In this document: positions 44,091-54,132 of the stretch, in pieces | Numbering within the stretch: the first letter of the stretch is position 1 | How the letters are laid out: the number at the start of each line of letters is the position of its first letter | NCBI GenBank assembly: GCA_947631905.1 | Contig: CANRND010000010.1 | Span: 2,827-66,826, forward strand | Reading direction: 5' to 3' | Length of the DNA: 64,000 nucleotides | DNA from: an uncultured Clostridia bacterium | GTDB lineage: Bacteria > Bacillota > Clostridia > Christensenellales > Borkfalkiaceae | The notes under the pieces: generated by a model | Database searches by the model: none | Seen by the model: only the letters and a program-made list of their open reading frames with translations | Told to the model about the DNA's origin: nothing | Translations under genes and position numbers: made by a program

Positions 44091-44708
44091 TTATTTGGAA
44101 TTTTTCCCCTCGGCGGGCTTTTTCGAAAACCTTTCGGCGGTCGCCCTGATGAGCCGCGAGAGCGGCTTATAGATGAGAAAGACGATGAGGCTCACCGCAA
44201 CGCTCTTGATGAGGTTGAAATAGACGACGAACGGCCAGAGCCTCCCGAAATATTCTGTGACATTCAGGTTATACAGCTTGCCGTAGAGCGGGAAATTGAT
44301 ATAGCGGTTGACGAGGAGGCTCACGCCGACTTGGAAAAAGCAGGCGATGATAAGCGAGAGCGTCACCCACCACTTCCCCTTTTTGAAGCGGTACAGGATC
44401 GACGGGAAAATGATGTAAGAAACGGACATGAGGAAGTTCGCAAGTTCCCCCACGCCCACGGAGGAGGACTTGGTGAGGCAGAGCAGTTCCTTGATCCCGA
44501 TGGAAACGACCGCCTCGACGGGGCCGAAGATAAAGCCCTCGATCATGAAAAAGACGTTGGCAAAGTCGAGTTTCAAAAAGTCCGCGGCGGGGAAAATGGG
44601 AAATTCGAGAAAGGTGACGACGAACGCCAGCGCCGTGAAGAGGGCCATATAGGCGATATGGGTCGCGGAAAAGTGACGTTTCAGCATGCTCTTTGTTTCT
44701 TCTTTCAT
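44091..44708 (-). CDS. ribU: ECF-transporter S component, riboflavin-specific (RibU-like)
   Basis: ORF trimmed to MKEETKSM (RBS AAGGAG). Multi-TM with LKLDFANVFFMIEGFIFGPVEA, typical of RibU. Preceded by an FMN riboswitch. Confidence 0.8.
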   Translation of the reverse strand: MKEETKSMLKRHFSATHIAYMALFTALAFVVTFLEFPIFPAADFLKLDFANVFFMIEGFIFGPVEAVVSIGIKELLCLTKSSSVGVGELANFLMSVSYIIFPSILYRFKKGKWWVTLSLIIACFFQVGVSLLVNRYINFPLYGKLYNLNVTEYFGRLWPFVVYFNLIKSVAVSLIVFLIYKPLSRLIRATAERFSKKPAEGKNSK

Positions 44709-44764
44709 AAAACACTCCTTATCGCGGCGCGCGCCCCCGAAAACGGGGGCGCGCGCCGAAAAAT

Positions 44765-44885
44765 TTCTTTTCTCATCCGGACTATACCGTCGGTGCGGGA
44801 ATTTCACCCGCTCGGTCCCATGAGGGATTCGCAGACTTTACTGCCGGTGGAGACTTTCACTCCGCCCCAAAGATAACAGATTGAG
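44765..44885 (-). promoter_or_regulatory. FMN riboswitch (RFN element)
   Basis: Minus strand reads CUUUGGGGCGGAGUGAAAGUCUCCACCGGCAGUAAAGUCUGCGAAUCCC...GGGUGAAAUUCCCGCACCGACGGUAUAGUCCGGAUGAGAAAAG, which matches conserved RFN cores. A 15-bp GC hairpin at 44725-44758 sits between the aptamer and the RBS. Confidence 0.85.
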
Positions 44886-44935
44886 TTTTGATCTCCGTAA
44901 AGGAAGTTTCGTCCGAAAACGATGGATCGGGTCGG

Positions 44936-45640
44936 TTATTTCTCCGCTTTCGGCTCGGGATAGTGGCAGACATAGCACTCCCGTTTTTCTTTGGGGAACT
45001 GCTGGGCGTCGATGAGCGCTTTCTGGCGGTTCCCCTCCTGCCCCGTAGCGCCTATATTGGCGGGAGACAAGAGGAAGAGCGTCTCCTCTTCGCCTGCGCG
45101 GCTCGCAAGGAACACGATCTCCTGCACAGTCATATCGTCGTCGGAGGCTTGCAGACGGAAATACGAGTATGTCGAAAGACGCAACCCGCCTCCGGGGAAT
45201 TCCCCCGCTGCTTTTACCCAGCCGTAGCTTCCCACGGGGATCTCTACGGAGTTCTCGAATGTGCCGCTCGCCGAGGTGGAGTACGAAATGCGCAAGGAAG
45301 CCGTTTCGGATTCCGTACAAACCCAAATTTCTTTGATGAGAATTTCGCGGGGATCCCCCTCCGCGGAAACTTTCAAAAGGGGGACAGGCGCGTTCTTGCT
45401 GTTGTAAACGGTATAACTCTGCCCCACCACGTTGCGGAACGTGTGCGTCGCCTCCACGAATTTTTCATGGCAGATCAAGCACTCCCGCCAATGGGTCTCG
45501 GGACCCTGTATCCAGTCGTCGCCGTATTCGTGTTCACAAACCGCCGGGGTGGGATCGTTTGGTTTGCACCCCGCAAGCCCCGGGACAAGACACAGCGCTG
45601 CCGCAAGCGCAGCTGTTATGATCGAAAATTTATGTTTCAT
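44936..45640 (-). CDS. Lipoprotein (234 aa), function unknown, with a Cys/His module and a jelly-roll-like domain
   Basis: Signal peptide with canonical lipobox GLAGC. Contains CEHEYGDDWIQGPETHWRECLICHEKFVEATHTF. Its C-terminal domain is shared with the GT39-like protein at 55695-57737. Confidence 0.75.
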   Translation of the reverse strand: MKHKFSIITAALAAALCLVPGLAGCKPNDPTPAVCEHEYGDDWIQGPETHWRECLICHEKFVEATHTFRNVVGQSYTVYNSKNAPVPLLKVSAEGDPREILIKEIWVCTESETASLRISYSTSASGTFENSVEIPVGSYGWVKAAGEFPGGGLRLSTYSYFRLQASDDDMTVQEIVFLASRAGEEETLFLLSPANIGATGQEGNRQKALIDAQQFPKEKRECYVCHYPEPKAEK

Positions 45641-45668
45641 GGTGGTATGTCTCCTGATTTTCCGTTAC

Positions 45669-45697
45669 AGTATACCATCTTTCGCGGAAAATATCAA
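45669..45697 (-). promoter_or_regulatory. Candidate promoter of the 234-aa lipoprotein gene
   Basis: Minus strand reads TTGATA (45692-45697), a 17-nt spacer, then TGgTATACT (45669-45674). Confidence 0.5.
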
Positions 45698-45726
45698 CCT
45701 TTTCAAAGGCATTGTCTGAAATTCCC

Positions 45727-45756
45727 TGTTAAAAGCCGCCGCGGGTTCGCGGCGGC
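45727..45756 (-). terminator. Terminator after trxA
   Basis: GCCGCCGCG-ggtt-CGCGGCGGC (45735-45756) followed on the minus strand by UUUUAAC. Confidence 0.6.
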
Positions 45757-45762
45757 TTTCGA

Positions 45763-46074
45763 TCAAAGATTATTTTTCAAAAACGTTTTCATCTGTTCTT
45801 TCGGAAGATAGCCGAGGTTGTGCGCTTTTACTTCCCCGTTTTCAAACACGTACACGTCTGGAATGGAGAACACGCCGAGCGACGCGGCGAGGTCGCCGTT
45901 TTTGTCCACATCCACTTTGGCGAACGTCACGCCTTCGAACTCTTCGGAGAGTTCTTCCATTACGGAGGACAGCATCCTGCACGGCCCGCACCATGTTGCG
46001 AAGAAGTCGCACACGACTTTCGCGCCCGTCTCCACCAGCCCGTCAAGTTCCATGCCCGTCATTTCTTTTACCAT
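45763..46074 (-). CDS. trxA: Thioredoxin
   Basis: ORF trimmed to MVKEMTG (RBS AAGAGGTGA). Active site FFATWCGPCRML. Confidence 0.9.
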   Translation of the reverse strand: MVKEMTGMELDGLVETGAKVVCDFFATWCGPCRMLSSVMEELSEEFEGVTFAKVDVDKNGDLAASLGVFSIPDVYVFENGEVKAHNLGYLPKEQMKTFLKNNL

Positions 46075-46078
46075 GATC

Positions 46079-47335
46079 TCACCTCTTTTTGTTGATATAT
46101 TGCGCAAGCAACCCGAATTTTACCCGTTCGGAGGAAGAACTGCGCATATCCTTGACTTCCGCGACGCCCTCGTTCAGCTCGTTCTCCCCGATGACGGCGA
46201 CGAACTTCGCCCCGAGCTTGTCCGCGTACTTGAATTGCGCCTTTACCGAGCGTTCCAAAAGGTCGGTCTCGCAGGAAATGCCCTCTTTGCGGAGTTCTTC
46301 CGCGAGCAAAAACGCCTTTTTGCGGCTCTCGGGGTCCATGCCGAGCAAGTAGCAACTCACCCCATCGGGCATGGGAATCTCCACCCCCTCCGCTTCCAGA
46401 ACCATGAGGAGCCGTTCGATCCCCGCGCCGAACCCGACCGCGGGAGTGGGTTTTGCGCCGAGCTGGGACAAAAGCCCGTCGTATCTTCCCCCGCCGAGGA
46501 CGGTACCCTGTGCGCCCGCCGCCGACGAGGTAAATTCAAACACCGTGCGGCTGTAATAGTCGAGGCCGCGCACGATGGACGGATCGATCCGATAGCCGAT
46601 CCCCGCGCACGTCAAGAGTTCCTGCACCGCTTCGAAGTGCTTCTTGCAGTCGTCGCAGAGGAAGTCGAGCATCCGCGGCGCGCCCGCCGTGAATTTTTTA
46701 CAATTCTCCTCCTTGCAGTCGATCATGCGCATGGGGTTCTTTTCGAAGCGCGCGTTGCAATCGGGACACATCTCGGAAAGGTGAGGGCGGAAATAGTCGC
46801 GGAGCGCCTCCTGATACTTTGCGCGGCAGGCGGGGCAACCGATGGAATTGAGGTTGAGTTGCACCTGTTTGAGACCCAAATTTTTGAGGAACCCGTCCGC
46901 AAGGGCGATGACTTCCGCGTCCGCTTCGGGAGAGGCCGCGCCGTACAGTTCCGCGCCGAATTGGTGGAACTCGCGGAGCCGTCCCGCCTGCGGGCGTTCA
47001 TAGCGGTAGGCGGAAAAGAGGTAGTAGGCCTTAAAGGGCATTGCGCCCCCTTGCAGCCCGTTTTCGATAAACGCGCGCGCGACCCCTGCCGTTCCCTCGG
47101 GGCGGAGGGTGATGGACCGCCCTCCCTTGTCGAGGAAAGTATACATCTCCTTGCCGACGACGTCCGTCGTCTCCCCCACGCCGCGCTGAAAGAGTTCGGT
47201 ATACTCGAACACGGGGGTGCGGATCTCCGAAAAACCGTACCCGTGTGCGGTTTTGCGGGCGATTTCTTCGATGTACTGCCACTTATAAACGTCGCCCGGA
47301 AGCACGTCTTTGGTTCCCTTTGGAATGCTGATCAT
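46079..47335 (-). CDS. hisS: Histidine--tRNA ligase
   Basis: ORF trimmed to MISIPKGTKDVLPGD (RBS AAGGAG). Class II motifs FRYERPQAGRLREFHQFG and GGGRYDGL. Confidence 0.93.
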   Translation of the reverse strand: MISIPKGTKDVLPGDVYKWQYIEEIARKTAHGYGFSEIRTPVFEYTELFQRGVGETTDVVGKEMYTFLDKGGRSITLRPEGTAGVARAFIENGLQGGAMPFKAYYLFSAYRYERPQAGRLREFHQFGAELYGAASPEADAEVIALADGFLKNLGLKQVQLNLNSIGCPACRAKYQEALRDYFRPHLSEMCPDCNARFEKNPMRMIDCKEENCKKFTAGAPRMLDFLCDDCKKHFEAVQELLTCAGIGYRIDPSIVRGLDYYSRTVFEFTSSAAGAQGTVLGGGRYDGLLSQLGAKPTPAVGFGAGIERLLMVLEAEGVEIPMPDGVSCYLLGMDPESRKKAFLLAEELRKEGISCETDLLERSVKAQFKYADKLGAKFVAVIGENELNEGVAEVKDMRSSSSERVKFGLLAQYINKKR

Positions 47336-47519
47336 TCTTTTCTCCTTATTTCCTTTTGCCCCCCTTAGGAGGGGGGTAGGGGATAGTGTCCTTTTCGGTC
47401 GACATGACAATTTAGGACGGCTTTAAGCGCACACAATTTGCCGCACACTTACGGCTTATTGTCCGACAACGCGACCGCGAGGACAACTAAGTTAAACCGC
47501 AAAAGCCCGTTTCCTCACG

Positions 47520-47563
47520 GCGTTTCTTTTCGAACGCCCCAACGGGGCGGAGCAAAGAAACGC
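47520..47563 (-). other. Terminator-like compound hairpin after hslU (no clear U tract)
   Basis: Minus strand GCGTTTCTTT...CCGCCCC-gtt-GGGGCG...AAAGAAACGC, starting 7 nt after the stop. Confidence 0.35.
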
Positions 47564-47569
47564 GTGAAC

Positions 47570-48895
<1,326 letters not shown>

Positions 48896-48913
48896 AGATA
48901 CCCCCGTCTCGCG

Positions 48914-49447
48914 TTATACGGTTTCGCAAATGATGTGATCGTTTGTAAACACGCAGATCTCGCTTGCGATTTTGAGCGACTTTCTGGCGATCTCCTCGGC
49001 GGAGAAATCGGTGTTCTGCGCGAGCGCGCGGGCGGCCGCAAGGGCGTAATTCCCGCCGCTTCCGATGGCGCAGATCCCCTCGTCTGGTTCAATGACTTCC
49101 CCCGTCCCCGACAAGATCAAGAGAGTGTCTTTATCGGCGGTGATCATCATCGCGTCGAGCTTTCTGCCGATTTTATCGCTCCGCCACAGGTCGGCAAGTT
49201 CCACCGCCGAGCGCATGAGATTGCCCGCAAACTTGTTGAGCATGCCCTCGAAGCGTTCGGAGAGAGAGAACGCGTCGGTCACGCTCCCCGCAAAGCCCAA
49301 AATGACCTTGCCCCCGTAAATTCTGCGCACCTTTATCGCGCTGTTTTTGAACACGACGCTCTCGCCCATGGTGACTTGTCCGTCCCCCGCGATCGCCGTA
49401 ACGCCGTCCTTTTTGACGGCGCAGATCGTAGTTCCTCTGAATTCCAT
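48914..49447 (-). CDS. hslV: ATP-dependent protease subunit HslV
   Basis: 177 aa, [26 protein letters not shown] (the N-terminal Thr after processing is canonical). Confidence 0.95.
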   Translation of the reverse strand: MEFRGTTICAVKKDGVTAIAGDGQVTMGESVVFKNSAIKVRRIYGGKVILGFAGSVTDAFSLSERFEGMLNKFAGNLMRSAVELADLWRSDKIGRKLDAMMITADKDTLLILSGTGEVIEPDEGICAIGSGGNYALAAARALAQNTDFSAEEIARKSLKIASEICVFTNDHIICETV

Positions 49448-49530
49448 ACCGTTCTCCTTGTTACGCCCGCGGGCGCAGAGATTTTTTTATATATACCCCG
49501 TTTTCGCCGCCGTAAAACGGCAAGCGCGCG

Positions 49531-50817
49531 TTAAATTTCGGAATAGGTCTTAAATTTTTCGATCTCTCCGAGCGCGCGCTCCGCCATCTGGCGGCGTTTT
49601 TCTTTCTTATCCCGCACGTCGAGGGGGCGCAGAATGCCGTAGTTCGCGTTCATCGGCTCGAAATGCTTGTTCGGCGCGGCGATATAGCGGGAGAGCGCCC
49701 CGCACACCGACGTGTCCTCGGGAATGTACACGCCTCTGCCGTTCCTTTCGTTCCAAACGTGGATGGCGGCGAGAAGTCCGCTCATGGCGCTCTCCACATA
49801 TCCCTCCACGCCCGTGATCTGTCCCGCAAAATACAACCCGTGTTGCGATTTTGCCGAAAAATCGGCGTTCAGCACTTCGGGCGCGTTGAGGTAGGAATTG
49901 CGGTGCATCACGCCGTAGCGCAAAAATTCCGCGTTACGGAGGGCGGGGATGAGGGAAAATACCCGCTTTTGCTCCCCGAATTTGAGGTTGGTCTGGCACC
50001 CGACGAGACCGTACATCGTCCCCTCCGCGTTCTCTTTCCTCAGTTGAAGCACGGCGTAGGGGTGTTTTCCGTCGCCACAGGAAAGCCCCACGGGCTTAAA
50101 TGTGCCGAAGCGCAGGGTATCTTTTCCCCGCGCCGCCATTACTTCGACGGGCATACACCCCTCGAAGATCTCGTTTTTTTCAAACGTATGCAGTTTTGCG
50201 CGTTCCGCGCCGAGAAGTTCCCGTACGAAAATTTCGTATTCCTCTTTCGTGAGCGGGCAGTTGAGATAGTCTCCCGTGCCGTTCCCGTAGCGATCGGCGG
50301 TAAAAACGTGTTCAAAATCGATGCTCTCCGCCGAGACGATGGGCGCGGATGCGTCGAAAAAGTGCTGGGAGCCGAACTTTGCCTCGATGTCCTGCATGAG
50401 CGCGTCCGAGGTGAGCGGCCCCGTCGCCACGATCCCCGCTTGCGGCAGGGCGCATACTTCCCCGCAAACGACGGTGATATGCTCGCACGCACGGATGTTT
50501 TCGGTGACATATGCGGAAAACTTCTCACGGTCTACGGCGAGCGCGCCGCCCGCAGGCACGCGCGAGGCCTCCGCCGCCCGCATGGTGAGCGAGCCGAGCC
50601 GCCGCAGTTCCTCTTTCAGAAGCCCGCAAGCGTTGCCGTAAACGTCGTCGCTCTTCAAAGAGTTCGAACAGACGAGTTCGCAGAAGTCCGCGCTCGAATG
50701 GGCGGGCGTGAATCTGAGGGGCTTCATTTCGAAAAGTTCCACGTCCACGCCGCGGCTTCCCAAAAAGTACGCCGCTTCGCATCCCGCAAGCCCCGCGCCG
50801 ACAATACGGACGCTCAC
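49531..50817 (-). CDS. trmFO: Methylenetetrahydrofolate--tRNA-(uracil-5)-methyltransferase TrmFO
   Basis: 428 aa, VRIVGAGLAGCEAAYFL...ELVCSNSLKS...FAGQITGVEGYVES. Lies in the topA-trmFO-hslVU synteny. Confidence 0.93.
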   Translation of the reverse strand: MSVRIVGAGLAGCEAAYFLGSRGVDVELFEMKPLRFTPAHSSADFCELVCSNSLKSDDVYGNACGLLKEELRRLGSLTMRAAEASRVPAGGALAVDREKFSAYVTENIRACEHITVVCGEVCALPQAGIVATGPLTSDALMQDIEAKFGSQHFFDASAPIVSAESIDFEHVFTADRYGNGTGDYLNCPLTKEEYEIFVRELLGAERAKLHTFEKNEIFEGCMPVEVMAARGKDTLRFGTFKPVGLSCGDGKHPYAVLQLRKENAEGTMYGLVGCQTNLKFGEQKRVFSLIPALRNAEFLRYGVMHRNSYLNAPEVLNADFSAKSQHGLYFAGQITGVEGYVESAMSGLLAAIHVWNERNGRGVYIPEDTSVCGALSRYIAAPNKHFEPMNANYGILRPLDVRDKKEKRRQMAERALGEIEKFKTYSEI

Positions 50818-53045
50818 GCTTTCGCCTTTTTGGCGGACTTCGCCGCTTTTTCGGGCTTTTCGGGCTTATAGGAGCATTCGCGGTTGGAACACTTCACCGA
50901 GCCTTTGGGGGTGGAGACGAGCGCGCTCCCGCAGACGGGACACTTCTGCCCCGTGGGGACGTCCCAGCTCATAAACTTGCACGCGGGGTATCCGCTGCAA
51001 CCGTAATACGGTTTTCCCGTGCGGGAGAAGAGCTTCTTCGTCGGCTTGCCGCAGTCGGGGCAGATCCCCTCGTAAACGGTCTCTTTCTTCTCGTCTTCAA
51101 AGGGAAGCGTGGACTTACAGGCGGGATAGTTGGGGCAGGCGAGGAACTTCCCGTAGCGCCCCGTCTTTACAGTCATCATTGCGCCGCACTTGGGGCAGGG
51201 GGTATCCGTGACTTCCGCCTCTCCCTCGCTGATAATGTTGGAGCAGGCGGGATAGCCCGTGCAGGCGAGATATTTGCCGTATTTCCCGCTCTTGCGCACC
51301 ATCGGGCGGCCGCATTTTTCGCAGAGGATGTCGGTGATCTCGTCGCCGTCCGAGCTTGCGAAGCGCAGTTTTTCCTCAAACGGGGGGTAGAATGCCGAAA
51401 TGATGGAGTGCCAGTCCTTGCCGCCCTCCTCGATCTCGTCGAGCTTTTCCTCCATGTCCGCGGTGAACCCTACGTCCATCACGTCCGTGAAGTATTTCAC
51501 GAGCATATCGGTAATGCGGTATGCGACCTCGGTGGGGACCATATATTTTCCGTCTTTCGTGACGTATTTGCGCTTATTGAGGACGGAGATGATGGAAGCA
51601 TAGGTGGACGGGCGGCCGATGCCCTTGTCCTCCATCGCCTTGACGAGGGAAGCGTCGGTATAGCGGATCGGGGGCTTTGTGAATTTTTGTTCCCCCTTTT
51701 CGCCGGGCGAAAGGAGCGCGTCCCCCTCTTTGATCGGCGGCAAAAGTTTTCCGTTCGTCTCCTCGTCGTCCTCTTTTTTATAGTCCTGGTAGACGGCGGT
51801 ATAGCCCGCGAAGCGGAGCGTTTTGCCTGCGGCGCGGAGACCGTACCCGCTGTTTCCGATCTCTATCTGCTTGGAATCGTACTGCGCTTCCGCCATCTGG
51901 GAGGCGATAAAGCGCTCATAGATGAGTTTATACACGTTATAGTGCTTGCGGTCGAGCATTTTCTTCGCAAGCTCGGGCGTGAGGTTGAGATCGATGGGAC
52001 GGATCGCCTCGTGCGCATCCTGCGCGCCCTTTTTGGAGGCGTAAAAGTTGGGCTTTGCGGGGCAATATTCCTTGCCGTACTTCTCGGCGATGTAGCCGAG
52101 CGCGGCCGTTTGCGCGTCGGAAGAAACGCGGGTGGAGTCGGTACGGATATAGGTGACAAAGGCGATATGCCCCTCCCCCTCGACGTCGATGCCCTCGTAG
52201 AGGTGCTGCGCCATGAGCATGGTCTCGGGCGCGGTCATGCCGAGTTTATTCGAAGCGTCCTGTTGCAGCGTGCTTGTTGTAAAGGGCGCGGGCGCGTGCG
52301 ATTTCGTAACGGACGATTTGACGGAAAGAACGGTATATTCCCCGCTCTTCAACGCGGCAAGAACGGCGTCCGCCTGCTCTTTGGAGGAAACTTTGCACTT
52401 TTTGCCCCCCTGTTTTTCGAGCAACGCCCTGAACGGGGAAAATTTCTTCCCCGCGTCCTGCAATTCCACGGAGATCGTCCAATACTCTTCGGGTTTGAAC
52501 GCAGAGATCTCGCGCTCGCGGTCCACCACGAGGCGGAGCGCAACCGACTGCACCCTGCCCGCCGAAAGGCCGTTCTGGATCTTGTTGTTGAGCAGGGGGG
52601 AGAGCTTGTAGCCCACGAGGCGGTCCAGCACCCGCCGCGCCTGCTGGGCGTCGACGAGATTATAATCGATCTTGCGGGGATGTTCGAGCGCCTGCCGCAC
52701 CGCTTTCGGGGAGATCTCGTTAAATTCGATGCGGTTTTCCTTGTCCGCGTCGAGCCCGAGAACGGTCTGCAAATGCCACGAGATCGCCTCGCCCTCGCGG
52801 TCGGGGTCGGTCGCAAGGTATACTCTTCCCGCTTTCTTCGCCTCGTCCGAAAGCCGCTTGATCGTCTCTTCCTTGCCCGGAGAGGTGACGTACTGCGGTT
52901 CGAAGTTCTGCGACACGGACACGCCGAGTTTTTTCTGCGGCAGGTCGCGGATATGTCCGCCCGAAGCGTCCACGCGGTATTTTCCTTTGAGATATTTTGA
53001 AATTGTTTTCGCCTTGCTCGGCGATTCTACGATGATCAGATCCAT
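50814..53045 (-). CDS. topA: DNA topoisomerase I
   Basis: 743 aa. TOPRIM MDLIIVESPSKAKTISKYL, active-site region GHIAFVTYIRTDSTRVS, and several C-terminal CxxC zinc ribbons. Confidence 0.96.
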   Translation of the reverse strand: MDLIIVESPSKAKTISKYLKGKYRVDASGGHIRDLPQKKLGVSVSQNFEPQYVTSPGKEETIKRLSDEAKKAGRVYLATDPDREGEAISWHLQTVLGLDADKENRIEFNEISPKAVRQALEHPRKIDYNLVDAQQARRVLDRLVGYKLSPLLNNKIQNGLSAGRVQSVALRLVVDREREISAFKPEEYWTISVELQDAGKKFSPFRALLEKQGGKKCKVSSKEQADAVLAALKSGEYTVLSVKSSVTKSHAPAPFTTSTLQQDASNKLGMTAPETMLMAQHLYEGIDVEGEGHIAFVTYIRTDSTRVSSDAQTAALGYIAEKYGKEYCPAKPNFYASKKGAQDAHEAIRPIDLNLTPELAKKMLDRKHYNVYKLIYERFIASQMAEAQYDSKQIEIGNSGYGLRAAGKTLRFAGYTAVYQDYKKEDDEETNGKLLPPIKEGDALLSPGEKGEQKFTKPPIRYTDASLVKAMEDKGIGRPSTYASIISVLNKRKYVTKDGKYMVPTEVAYRITDMLVKYFTDVMDVGFTADMEEKLDEIEEGGKDWHSIISAFYPPFEEKLRFASSDGDEITDILCEKCGRPMVRKSGKYGKYLACTGYPACSNIISEGEAEVTDTPCPKCGAMMTVKTGRYGKFLACPNYPACKSTLPFEDEKKETVYEGICPDCGKPTKKLFSRTGKPYYGCSGYPACKFMSWDVPTGQKCPVCGSALVSTPKGSVKCSNRECSYKPEKPEKAAKSAKKAKA

Positions 53046-53064
53046 ATCGTTACCTCTTTCCGTC

Positions 53065-54132
53065 TTATTTTACGCAACCGTAGCGGTTTCCGCCCGCCTT
53101 TACGACGAGGCCTTTGAGTTCGAGGGAGGCGAGCAATGCCGCCGCTTCATACACGGGGATCCCCGCCCGTTCGGCGAGGACCGCGGCATGCAACTCCCCT
53201 TCGGAGTGCAGAACGTTGTAAAGTTTTTCTTCGTCCGCCGTTAAAGCGGCGGCTTTCTCCTCTTCGGGAAGGATCCCGTAACAGTCGAAAATATCTTGCG
53301 CGCAGGTACACACATATGCGCCCTTTTTCAAAAGTTCGTTACAGCCCACGCCGCGGCTGATACCGGGATTGTAGGGAACGGCGAACACGTCTCTGCCGTA
53401 TTCGAGGGCGGCGTTCGCGGTGAGGAGCGCGCCGCTCTTTTCGCCCGCCGAAAGCACCAACACCCCGCGGCACAGCCCCGCCAGAATGCGGTTGCGCGCA
53501 TGAAAGGAATATTTCTTCGTCTTTTCGCGGAACGGGTATTCGCTCAGCAACAGCCCGACGCGGCGGACCTCCTCTTTGATCGCGGCATGCGCCGCGGGAT
53601 AGCATTCGTCGAGGCCGCACGGAAGCACGCAGACGAGCTTCCCCGATAAAAGCGCCCCGCGGACGGCGGCGAGATCCCCGCCCTCCGCAAGCCCCGTTAC
53701 GACGGCGAACCGCGACGAAAGTTTCTGCGCGATGTCCATGCCGAACTTTTCCGCCCACGGCGGGGTGATACGGGAACCGACGATGCAAAACAGCTCCTCT
53801 TGGAGCAGTTCCCGCCTGCCTGCGCCGAACAGAACGAGGGGCGGGAACGCGGCTTTCAACCCGTCGGGATAGTCGCGGCTCAAAACGGTCACCGCAAAGT
53901 AGCCCTTTTCCTCCGCCTCCCGCAAAAATCCGCCGAGGTCGCGCTTGCGGTCTTCAAGCTCCTTGCAGGGGCATTCGCGCCCAAAGGTTTTTTCATAGAA
54001 AAACTCAAACCGTTCGAAGAGCGCTGCGGGCGCGCCCGCAACGCGGAGCAGTTCCGCCCGCTCCCGCGGTTCGAGTTCCGTGCAGGCGCACAGCCAGATG
54101 AGCGCCTGTTCGTCTTTGGTATATTTCGTCAT
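53065..54132 (-). CDS. dprA: DNA-protecting/processing protein DprA
   Basis: ORF trimmed to MTKYTKDEQALIWL, whose ATG overlaps the comM stop (ATGA). Rossmann core IVGSRITPPWAEKF...VVTGLAEGGDLAAVRGAL. Confidence 0.88.
   Translation of the reverse strand: MTKYTKDEQALIWLCACTELEPRERAELLRVAGAPAALFERFEFFYEKTFGRECPCKELEDRKRDLGGFLREAEEKGYFAVTVLSRDYPDGLKAAFPPLVLFGAGRRELLQEELFCIVGSRITPPWAEKFGMDIAQKLSSRFAVVTGLAEGGDLAAVRGALLSGKLVCVLPCGLDECYPAAHAAIKEEVRRVGLLLSEYPFREKTKKYSFHARNRILAGLCRGVLVLSAGEKSGALLTANAALEYGRDVFAVPYNPGISRGVGCNELLKKGAYVCTCAQDIFDCYGILPEEEKAAALTADEEKLYNVLHSEGELHAAVLAERAGIPVYEAAALLASLELKGLVVKAGGNRYGCVK

Noticed and set aside
47336-47569. T-box leader upstream of hisS.
   Set aside because: I looked for the conserved T-box sequence (AANNNGGGTGGNACCGCG-like) and a specifier/antiterminator arrangement on the minus strand and found none. 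The spacer holds a GC hairpin (47361-47376), a repeat fragment and the hslU 3' hairpin.
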